DNA from: Promethearchaeota archaeon
GTDB lineage: Archaea; Asgardarchaeota; Hermodarchaeia; Hermodarchaeales; Hermodarchaeaceae
DNA: 13,696 nucleotides
Reading direction: 5' to 3'
NCBI GenBank assembly: GCA_048938295.1
Contig: JBHLMI010000041.1
Coordinates: forward strand, 1 to 13,696
A program made the position numbers and the translations under genes. Within the stretch, counting starts at the first letter, position 1. Each line of letters starts with the position of its first letter. The notes under the pieces are model-generated. The model had not been told where the DNA came from. It made no database searches and worked only from the letters and a program-made list of their open reading frames with translations. Positions 1 through 6,347 of the stretch are shown one piece after another.

Positions 1-447
1 AGGTGGAAGAAGCCCCCAAATGGCTGTTAGTAGAGCAGAGTAGATCTCTGGTGTGGCAACCGCAGGATATTGTATAGGCGCATAATTTAGACTGGTCAGC
101 TCATCTCGCACAGCCCCTGTGGCAACAACTACATCTCCAGTCTTCACCTCTGGGTTGACACCACCACATGAACCAATCCGAATAAACACCTTAGCCCCGA
201 GCTTTGTCAGCTCCTCGGTGACTATATGCGTAGAAGGAGTGCCCATACCAGAAGTAGCCACGGTAACCTCTACGCCTTTAGGCGTGAAGCCACGGTAGGA
301 GACCAAGCCTCGATAATTGCTTAATTGTTCAGCATCTTTTAGCTTAGTGGCGATCTTTGGGACACGATCAGGATTTCCTGCGATAAACACTATTTCAGCC
401 ACATCGCCTTCACCTAATCTTATGTGGGGCTGTATCCGTTTCTTCAT
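1..447 (-). CDS. udp: Uridine/nucleoside phosphorylase (PNP_UDP_1 family), 3' end runs off the window
   Basis: Not in the ORF track because it is truncated. Hand translation from ATG at 447: MKKRIQPHIRLGEGDVAEIVFIAGNPDRVPKIA...VATSGMGTPSTHIVTEEL...FIRIGSCGG...VVVATGAVRDE...YAPIQYPAVA. The G-x-P-D-R, GMG-x-PS, RIGSCG and GAVRDE motifs match uridine phosphorylase; the frame is open to base 1. Confidence 0.9.
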   Translation of the reverse strand, partial: MKKRIQPHIRLGEGDVAEIVFIAGNPDRVPKIATKLKDAEQLSNYRGLVSYRGFTPKGVEVTVATSGMGTPSTHIVTEELTKLGAKVFIRIGSCGGVNPEVKTGDVVVATGAVRDELTSLNYAPIQYPAVATPEIYSALLTAIWGLLPP

Positions 448-484
448 AGAATCTACACCGCATTATTTTGGCAGTGATTTCCCT

Positions 485-496
485 CATTAACCTTTG
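485..496 (-). promoter_or_regulatory. Putative archaeal BRE/TATA promoter of udp
   Basis: Minus strand reads AAAGGTTAATG about 40 nt upstream of the ATG; a similar AAGGTTAAAA precedes the radical SAM gene at 13516-13525. Confidence 0.45.
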
Positions 497-552
497 GAAG
501 AACCCCTTATGAAGTGAAACCTCGCTCCCGGTTTTTCTCTCCAATAATAATG

Positions 553-572
553 TATCACTTAGTGAAGTGATA
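553..572. promoter_or_regulatory. Inverted repeat TATCACTT-N4-AAGTGATA, candidate transcription-factor operator
   Basis: Perfect 8-bp arms (553-560, 565-572) in the intergenic region upstream of udp. Confidence 0.4.
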
Positions 573-653
573 AGTTACTAAACCTAAGGCATGTTAAGGC
601 TAGGTTGGGTTATGCTTTACCAATTTGAACGGTAGTATAGTGGAAATTAAAAT

Positions 654-1127
654 CTATTCAGTATGGGTTGCAGTTTCCTGCAATCTTATTGCAACCACTT
701 CCCCCCTGGCAGTCTCTACTCCCTCAGAGAACAAGGAACAGGTCACAGTGATTTTTCGTCCCTTTATCTCTTTGACACGAGCCCTTAGAGTCACAGGTTG
801 GTCCACGGGAGTTGGTTTTATGTATTTGACTGAGATGAAACCTGTTACATAGCCTTTATTCGCAGTGGAGCCGAGTTCACGACCTGCCGCTTTGTTCGCC
901 GCAGCATTAGCAGTATTAGTTGCATGGCAGTCGATGAGCGTTGCGATAATTCCGCCACAGAGAGCGCCAGGAAACGCTATATGGTATGATTGGGGTTTCC
1001 AGTTAGCTACTGTCTCATCCCCGTCCCAATAGCTTTTCAGTTGGAGCCCATGGGTGTTATTTTTTCCACAGCCCCAACATTCTGTTCCCCAATCAGACCA
1101 TTGATCTTGAATTGCCTTACGTTTCAT
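654..1127 (-). CDS. PaaI-family (hotdog-fold) thioesterase
   Basis: 157 aa with CWGCGKNNTHGL, GGIIATLID, VTGFISVKYIKPTP and LRARV...GRKITVTC...ARGEVVAI, typical of PaaI/COG2050 hotdog proteins. GGAG lies 9 nt upstream of the ATG. Confidence 0.85.
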   Translation of the reverse strand: MKRKAIQDQWSDWGTECWGCGKNNTHGLQLKSYWDGDETVANWKPQSYHIAFPGALCGGIIATLIDCHATNTANAAANKAAGRELGSTANKGYVTGFISVKYIKPTPVDQPVTLRARVKEIKGRKITVTCSLFSEGVETARGEVVAIRLQETATHTE

Positions 1128-1190
1128 GGCTTAAATCTCCGCAATGCGAGGAACAATACCCAACGTCTGGGTTAATAGATTGTACGGTTG

Positions 1191-2015
1191 TTAGACTTGA
1201 CATCGGGGACAAATGTAACTTGTGGTGCTTCCCACCCTCAATTCTTCAATAGGTGTGTGACAAGTCGGACAAGATTTCCCTGCTCGATACGCAATTTGGG
1301 GCCACCCTGGTTGTTTTCCCCATTGACCGCGATTCCCCCACACATCCTGTTCACCGGGCCCAGGTCCGTGCTTGATTCCCTCTCGAAGTACATGATGAAT
1401 AGCATGATGTAGTCTCAGAATGTCTTTTTCACGAAGAGTATTTGCGCTTCGGTTGGGGTGGAGTCGCGCGTGCCAGAGGATATCCTGAATATAGACATTC
1501 CCAATTCCGGCGATGAAGCGTTGATCTAACAAATAACTTTTAATTCGTCCCCGTTTGCCCTCAAACATCTCAGCGAGTTTTTCTCCAGTGAACTCATCAC
1601 TCAGTGGTTCAATCCCAAGGGTTCCAATTTGCGGATGTTTTGACAGTTCACCAGATTTCAACAGATGGACATGACCAAACCACCAAAATCGGACCCATAA
1701 CTGACTTCCATCTAGAAAGGAAAACACGATACGCTCCCGCTTCGGGTCTGGAACCATGGGAGGCCAATGAAGCTGGAGTTCACCACCCATTCCAAGGTTG
1801 AAAGCTAGCCTCGAACCAGAGTCGAGTTCACTGAGAATCCACTTTCCACGTTGACTGAACGACCGAAATATTCGACCTAATATCTCCTTTTGGAAGGTGG
1901 GAACAGGCCGATTCAGTACTTTAGGCTGATGAACTGCAATGTTGCTAACTTCCTTTCCGGAAAGAGACTCATTCATACTAGCCGCTAATACCACGATGTC
2001 AGGGAGTTCAGGCAA
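1191..2015 (-). CDS. Fpg/Nei-family DNA glycosylase/AP lyase, divergent; start reassigned to TTG at 2015 (274 aa)
   Basis: TTG-CCT-GAA-CTC-CCT gives the N-terminal (M)PELP required for catalytic Pro2/Glu3, with a GGAAGG SD upstream. Also RGKW, LGMGG, the H2TH motif LLDQRFIAGIGNVY and a C-terminal zinc finger CPTC-x16-CPRC. The track start at 2081 would bury the catalytic Pro. Confidence 0.92.
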   Translation of the reverse strand: MPELPDIVVLAASMNESLSGKEVSNIAVHQPKVLNRPVPTFQKEILGRIFRSFSQRGKWILSELDSGSRLAFNLGMGGELQLHWPPMVPDPKRERIVFSFLDGSQLWVRFWWFGHVHLLKSGELSKHPQIGTLGIEPLSDEFTGEKLAEMFEGKRGRIKSYLLDQRFIAGIGNVYIQDILWHARLHPNRSANTLREKDILRLHHAIHHVLREGIKHGPGPGEQDVWGNRGQWGKQPGWPQIAYRAGKSCPTCHTPIEELRVGSTTSYICPRCQV

Positions 2016-2061
2016 CACAATTTCCTTCCATAGACCAGTATTCCTCTTTTCGTTCTCTAGG

Positions 2062-2079
2062 AAATAAAAAGCCTTCAGC
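2062..2079 (-). promoter_or_regulatory. Putative BRE/TATA promoter of the Fpg/Nei gene
   Basis: Minus strand GCTGAAGGCTTTTTATTT, about 50 nt upstream of TTG 2015. It shares GCTGAAGG plus a T/A box with the hydrolase promoter (GCTGAAGGTTTTAAATA). Confidence 0.45.
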
Positions 2080-2089
2080 AAAGAAGTAG

Positions 2090-2188
2090 TGGCGGGGGGC
2101 GGAGACTAGAAGAATCGCCAAACAGCTGGGTGGCATGTGATCCCGCCAATGCGACCATCCTTCCAAACTTCTCGCGCGTCTCCGCCCT
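2090..2188. other. GC-rich self-complementary intergenic element, possible structured/pseudoknotted RNA, family unassigned
   Basis: 10-bp arms GGGCGGAGAC (2097-2106) / GTCTCCGCCC (2178-2187); 7-bp arms TGGCGGG (2090-2096) / CCCGCCA (2142-2148); inner AGAAG (2108-2112) / CTTCT (2168-2172). Confidence 0.4.
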
Positions 2189-2280
2189 ATTAGAGAAGCA
2201 GCCTGTCTATGCAAGAATAAGTTTATGTGGGTTCCGATTACGGCATGTCCCCAGACTCGTATTCGGGAAAGCTGCCCTAG

Positions 2281-3039
2281 TTAGATTTTGTGAATGAATG
2301 AGGCAATCGCTTGATTAACTTGGACCGGTTGTTCGACCATCACATAGTGCCCTGCCTGTTCGATAATTTCCAACTCTGCTTTCTCGATATTAGTAGCCAG
2401 CCACTTAGACCATTTAAGGGGCGTTAATTGATCTTGGTCACCGACGAGAACCAGAGTTGGCACCTGAATTTCTTGAATGCGGTCGCGAATATCAAACTGG
2501 CTACAGGCAAAAAAGTCAGCATATCCTATCTTGGGATTACAGCCTTTGGCTTCCTCCTTGACTAACGTAACCTGTCGTGGATCAGCCTCGGAGGCAAAGC
2601 CCATCTGCCCAATCACCAAATCAACTCCTGTTGAAAAATCAGTTCGTAATCCCTCTAAGGTGGTAGGGGTAACACCGAGTTTTGCACCAGTTCCCACCAG
2701 AACCAGTCCTCCTAACAGACTAGGGTAATCTAAGGCCAGTTGAAGGGCAATAGCGCCACCTAATGAATGCCCAACAGGCACAGCTTGCTGTAAATCCAAC
2801 TTTTCAATGAACCGAGTGAGAAGTTGAGCGAAGCGTTGAACTGTGATCTCTCCATCTAGAGAATCTGAGGCACCATGACCTGGCAAATCTAGCAATACCA
2901 ACTGAACATGTTTTGCGAGGGGATGCTGCTTGTCCCACAAGTGGTGGGTGCTGAAGGAACCGTGAATCATCAGGAGTGAAGGACCAGAACCTAGAATCTC
3001 ATAGAAGATTTCCTTTCCATCAATAATGATTGAGGACAT
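2281..3039 (-). CDS. Alpha/beta-fold hydrolase
   Basis: 252 aa with oxyanion HGS, DLPGHG, nucleophile elbow GHSLGG, acid GDQD and His motif AGHY. SD AAGGTGA lies 6 nt before the ATG. Confidence 0.92.
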   Translation of the reverse strand: MSSIIIDGKEIFYEILGSGPSLLMIHGSFSTHHLWDKQHPLAKHVQLVLLDLPGHGASDSLDGEITVQRFAQLLTRFIEKLDLQQAVPVGHSLGGAIALQLALDYPSLLGGLVLVGTGAKLGVTPTTLEGLRTDFSTGVDLVIGQMGFASEADPRQVTLVKEEAKGCNPKIGYADFFACSQFDIRDRIQEIQVPTLVLVGDQDQLTPLKWSKWLATNIEKAELEIIEQAGHYVMVEQPVQVNQAIASFIHKI

Positions 3040-3045
3040 TAGTAG

Positions 3046-3083
3046 TCACCTTGAGTGCTCTGAAATTGTATTTAAAACCTTCA
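3046..3083 (-). promoter_or_regulatory. BRE/TATA box and GGTGA ribosome-binding site of the alpha/beta hydrolase
   Basis: Minus strand TGAAGG-TTTTAAATA (3083-3069), then AAGGTGA (3052-3046). Confidence 0.55.
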
Positions 3084-3126
3084 GCTGGCTTCCTACAAAT
3101 TTGTGTGTTTCCGTTTAGAAGGTCGG

Positions 3127-3951
3127 CTAACCGCCAGGACCTTCATACTTCTTTCGCCCTAGACTCCACACGAATCGAGCCAGTAGCCAAAGAGCTACGA
3201 GCCAGATGAGGCTTAGAAGCGCGATGGGTAGCAATTGCGCTGGAAGGTAATAGCCCTGAAGGATTATCGCAGGGATATAGTAACAGTATTGAAATGGGAG
3301 CAAGCCGAAAATAAATTGGAGGGTTGGCGGGAAGAAGCTCAAGGGAATCAGACCACCTCCCACCATTAGCATAAGGAGACTGATGAGATTTCGTAACCAC
3401 CATCCCCGGTAAACCCAGAAAGTACTGAGTGCGACTGTAAAGACCAAAAGGAAGGAAATGAAATATGCTATTAGGAAAAATGGAATGAAGAGAAGGACGT
3501 TGAGAAGGGATGGGAGGGGTAATGGAATGAAGATTAACGTAACAAGGTATGTAAGAGTACCAAATAGTAAGTAAACCAGAACACGGGGTATTTCACTAAA
3601 GAATTTGAAACCCGCATAATCAATTGGTTTTGTCAAGTATGTAACTAATGGACCTAGGTCAATGTCACGTTCAACTTCAATGCTAAGTTGCCATCGAGGG
3701 AGTGCACGGGCGATAATGATGGCGATGAAAAGATAGCTGATTAGCTCAGGAAAAGTGAAGCTACCAATAACTGTTGTACCATTGAGTATCAAAGCTTGTA
3801 GATATACGATCCAATATACTAAGGACATGGCAATGATCTGTACTGGGAAGAATGCAAAGCTTGTTAAGAAGTCGATTGTGTATTGTCGAATGTTTCGGAA
3901 AGAAATACGCGCGACCGCAAGATAACTCTCTAAACGTAAAGATAATGGCAA
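3127..3951 (-). CDS. ABC-2 family permease (DUF990/COG4587-like); start probably TTG at 3951 (274 aa)
   Basis: Multiple TM helices with GPLVTYLTKPIDY, GGGLIPLSFFP, LPFQYCYYIPA and C-terminal YEGPGG. AGGAGG (3966-3961) lies 9 nt before TTG 3951, just after the upstream stop; the track start at 3999 would overlap the upstream gene by 43 nt. Confidence 0.88.
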   Translation of the reverse strand: MPLSLRLESYLAVARISFRNIRQYTIDFLTSFAFFPVQIIAMSLVYWIVYLQALILNGTTVIGSFTFPELISYLFIAIIIARALPRWQLSIEVERDIDLGPLVTYLTKPIDYAGFKFFSEIPRVLVYLLFGTLTYLVTLIFIPLPLPSLLNVLLFIPFFLIAYFISFLLVFTVALSTFWVYRGWWLRNLISLLMLMVGGGLIPLSFFPPTLQFIFGLLPFQYCYYIPAIILQGYYLPAQLLPIALLSLIWLVALWLLARFVWSLGRKKYEGPGG

Positions 3952-3956
3952 TTTAC

Positions 3957-4787
3957 CTAGCCTCCTACTGGTTGGTAGTGTTTCAGTCCTCGGTTCCAAG
4001 TGATGCGTAAGACGATTAGCCAGATAATAATAAGCAATGAAGCTATTCCAATGTAAAGCAAAGTGAAGCTGAGCGGAATAAGATTCAATATTATCATTGT
4101 GGGTACTGTGGAAATGAAAATGACAGGGAAGACAAACAATAGAAAGTATTGCACCCCGATGGGCATGACATCAATAGGCATTCGGGCAAAATTGTATTCA
4201 AGTGCATCAGAAATTGCTAGGATCCCTTGGTTTCTTCCGATCCAGAAGGCCAGACAACAAAGACAGGACCAAAGTAAGTATAAAGCAGCCTGCCCGATTA
4301 GTAGTGCCAAAACCCCCAGAATAAGGCTAAACGGAGTTACAATTAATCCGAACGTCAACACCGAAAAACTAAGCATAATGCCACCGACCACTACCTGAAT
4401 GAGACCTCCAGCCCATAATGAAGTGGCAAGGATCTGATAGATAGACCCTGCCGGACGAATTTGAAAGGTTTCAATACCAATCTCTGTTATATACCAATGA
4501 ATTTGCCAAATTCCCATATAGGCGAATGCACCAAATCCCCAGGCAACCTCAGTCATTCCTATGAGGAAAGTAAGTTCACCTCGTCCCCAGGTCACCCAGC
4601 CAAATCCAGTGAGAACGGGAATTTGGTAAGTAATGACTCCCCAAAAGAGGATATACAGGACAAGATTCACTGAAGTAGTGAAGAATGCCCCGAAAAGTTG
4701 ACTCTTATTTTCAGCAATCTGTAGGAAGGAGAGCCGAATGTAATCTGGTAGGAGCCGGAGCTGCCGTATTATATCCTTATAGGTCAT
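3957..4787 (-). CDS. ABC-2 family permease (DUF990/COG3694-like)
   Basis: 276 aa, about 6 TM helices, with IRPAGSIYQ, ARMPIDVMP and C-terminal YQPVGG. The ATG directly abuts the ATPase stop (TAG-ATG). Confidence 0.88.
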   Translation of the reverse strand: MTYKDIIRQLRLLPDYIRLSFLQIAENKSQLFGAFFTTSVNLVLYILFWGVITYQIPVLTGFGWVTWGRGELTFLIGMTEVAWGFGAFAYMGIWQIHWYITEIGIETFQIRPAGSIYQILATSLWAGGLIQVVVGGIMLSFSVLTFGLIVTPFSLILGVLALLIGQAALYLLWSCLCCLAFWIGRNQGILAISDALEYNFARMPIDVMPIGVQYFLLFVFPVIFISTVPTMIILNLIPLSFTLLYIGIASLLIIIWLIVLRITWNRGLKHYQPVGG

Positions 4788-5837
4788 CTAGTGTGCCTCC
4801 GTTGTTTGGTTTAGAGACCGATTTTCATCTCCGAAGATTTCGCGTATAATGTCTTCAAGGTTGGGTTCAGTGACTTCGATGTCGTCAATCTCAAATAAGG
4901 TCATAGCTGTTTGGAGGAGTTCTGAGACGGGAATTTGAGTCTGGTTGATTCGGCAGACGACTTGACCATTATTGACTTCTAGATTAAGTACTCCTGGTAG
5001 ATCTTGGAGTTGATGTCTCCAGTCTTTTGTGGTGGCTCGTTTATAGATAATCTTGACTTTTCGTTCGTTACTCCATTGGCGTTTGAGCTGCCTTTTAGGA
5101 CCATCGAACCTAATGTTACCTTGACTGAGTAAGATGATGCGGTCCGAGAGCTCCTCGACATCTCGCATGCTATGGCTGCAAAGAAGAACGGTGACGTTCT
5201 CTTCGCGGTTGACCCGTCGGATGAAATCACGGATCCGCTTTTTAGCCACGACATCAAGCCCAACTGTGGGTTCGTCGAGGAAGATCACCTCTGGTTGATG
5301 GAGCAACGCAGCGATGATTTCGCACCGCATCCGCTCGCCTAGAGATAGGCGACGAGGAGCGTCATGAAGATATTGCTCAATATCTAGGATTTCTGCGAAC
5401 CCCTTGAGGCGTTCATCGAACACTGGCTTGGGAATATCGTACATCTTCTGGTACAGCTTCAGACTTTCCAGTACGGGAACATGAGTCCATAATAGCGTCC
5501 GCTGCCCGAAGACCACTCCGTAGCGCATCGCACAGGCGATACGGTTATGGTAGGGGTCGATACCAAAGAGCCGAACCTGGCCAGATGTTGGATGCAGGAT
5601 CCCGCTGAGCAATTTCACCATGGTGGATTTGCCAGCCCCATTTGGTCCAAGCAAGGCCACACATTCACCAGGGTGAATGTCAAAACTGACATCATCGAGT
5701 GCACGGATAATCTGCTTTTCACGCTTCAGGAACCCGACGAATCGTCGTGCGGCGCCTTTTCGTGGGCGGTGCAGGGATTTCTTGTACACACGAACTATGT
5801 TGTTGATCTCTGCGATAGGTTCTTGATTTCGGGGCAT
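4788..5837 (-). CDS. ABC transporter ATP-binding subunit (COG4586-like, exporter type)
   Basis: Walker A GPNGAGKS, signature LSLGERMR, Walker B IFLDEPT, H-loop CSH and a C-terminal EPNLEDIIR extension. Confidence 0.95.
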   Translation of the reverse strand: MPRNQEPIAEINNIVRVYKKSLHRPRKGAARRFVGFLKREKQIIRALDDVSFDIHPGECVALLGPNGAGKSTMVKLLSGILHPTSGQVRLFGIDPYHNRIACAMRYGVVFGQRTLLWTHVPVLESLKLYQKMYDIPKPVFDERLKGFAEILDIEQYLHDAPRRLSLGERMRCEIIAALLHQPEVIFLDEPTVGLDVVAKKRIRDFIRRVNREENVTVLLCSHSMRDVEELSDRIILLSQGNIRFDGPKRQLKRQWSNERKVKIIYKRATTKDWRHQLQDLPGVLNLEVNNGQVVCRINQTQIPVSELLQTAMTLFEIDDIEVTEPNLEDIIREIFGDENRSLNQTTEAH

Positions 5838-5880
5838 GGCTGAAGCCTCTCTACATTTTAGGGGGAGTAACCAAATAATA

Positions 5881-5904
5881 CTATAAAAAATTTACTATTT
5901 AAAT
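5881..5904 (-). promoter_or_regulatory. AT-rich putative TATA region of the ABC-2 operon
   Basis: Minus strand TTTAAATA (5903-5896) and TTTTATAG (5888-5881), with GAGG 8 nt before ATG 5837. Confidence 0.4.
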
Positions 5905-6032
5905 TAACAATAACCTAACCTTATTTGGACTAATCGCGTCGCATTAGAATCCTGCGAATCTTCCCTTCCCATTCATTCTATTGTCCATCCAAGCAATTGC
6001 TTAACAAAAGATACGCCAATCTCAAAATCCAC

Positions 6033-6107
6033 ATGGCGAAAAGGCCTATTTATCCTGGGTATTCTTTTCCACCTGGATACGCCTCGGCTCCGCAATGGTT
6101 TAGCTAG
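6033..6107 (+). CDS. Candidate 24-aa small protein MAKRPIYPGYSFPPGYASAPQWFS
   Basis: ATG 6033 to TAG 6107, translated by hand, with a repeated PGY pattern. There is no SD; a weak TATA-like TTAACAAA about 30 nt upstream would allow a leaderless transcript. Confidence 0.3.
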   Translation: MAKRPIYPGYSFPPGYASAPQWFS

Positions 6108-6219
6108 ATTAAAAATGTTACTAACCGTGTCTCAATCTCCAAGAGCAACTATTTAATGTACGAAGAACAAAGGGGGGCTCCACATGATTCTTTGGAGTTA
6201 CCTATAAGGAGGTCACATT

Positions 6220-6321
6220 ATGGGTGGATCTCAAGATAAACATCATGAGAACTGGGTAGATGTGTTGCCAGAAAAGTCAAAAAAGAAGGAACCCAAAAAG
6301 AAGGCAAGTAAACAATCATAA
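6220..6321 (+). CDS. 33-aa Lys-rich small protein MGGSQDKHHENWVDVLPEKSKKKEPKKKASKQS
   Basis: Perfect SD AAGGAGGT (6206-6213) 6 nt before ATG 6220, stop TAA 6319-6321, and TATA-like TATTTAAT at 6150-6157. It fills an otherwise empty gap and ends 26 nt before the convergent GNAT stop. Confidence 0.7.
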   Translation: MGGSQDKHHENWVDVLPEKSKKKEPKKKASKQS

Positions 6322-6347
6322 CATCAATAGAGTCTTGTTGGGAAACG

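Noticed and set aside
581-612. AACCTA...TAGGTT inverted repeat, and an AGGTTnGGTTA motif also seen at 5911-5921 (minus strand)
   Set aside because: Arms are only 6 bp with two copies, and GGTTA resembles the general BRE/TATA junction; this is not distinguishable from chance.
1158-1172. Small hairpin between the Fpg and thioesterase genes (ACCCA/TGGGT arms)
   Set aside because: A 5-bp stem with no U-tract, too weak to call as a terminator.
2016-2081. N-terminal extensions in the ORF track (Fpg from 2081; also 3999, 7825, 8888 and 10122)
   Set aside because: Downstream starts have better SD sites, family-typical N-termini or ATGA coupling, while the extensions overlap promoters or neighbouring genes.
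2091-2148. tRNA-like acceptor stem GGCGGGG...TCCCGCC-A
   Set aside because: Only 58 nt, with no T-arm (GTTCRA) and no 7-nt anticodon loop, so it is not a tRNA or tRNA-Sec.
2085-2190. HDV-like ribozyme or cobalamin riboswitch interpretation of the structured element
   Set aside because: The helix order resembles HDV P1/P2, but the P1.1 GG and the J4/2 catalytic C-x-R-A are missing. GCCCCCCGCCAC on the minus strand resembles a B12-riboswitch segment, but the other conserved blocks are absent or out of order.
3127-4787. Both permeases end in Gly-Gly, like ubiquitin/SAMP modifiers
   Set aside because: A C-terminal Y-x-x-x-G-G type ending is an ordinary feature of this permease family, and these are polytopic membrane proteins without a beta-grasp fold.
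4788-5837. Non-canonical ABC signature LSLGE
   Set aside because: LSLG(Q/E)RMR is normal for COG4586-type ATPases and is not evidence of inactivation.
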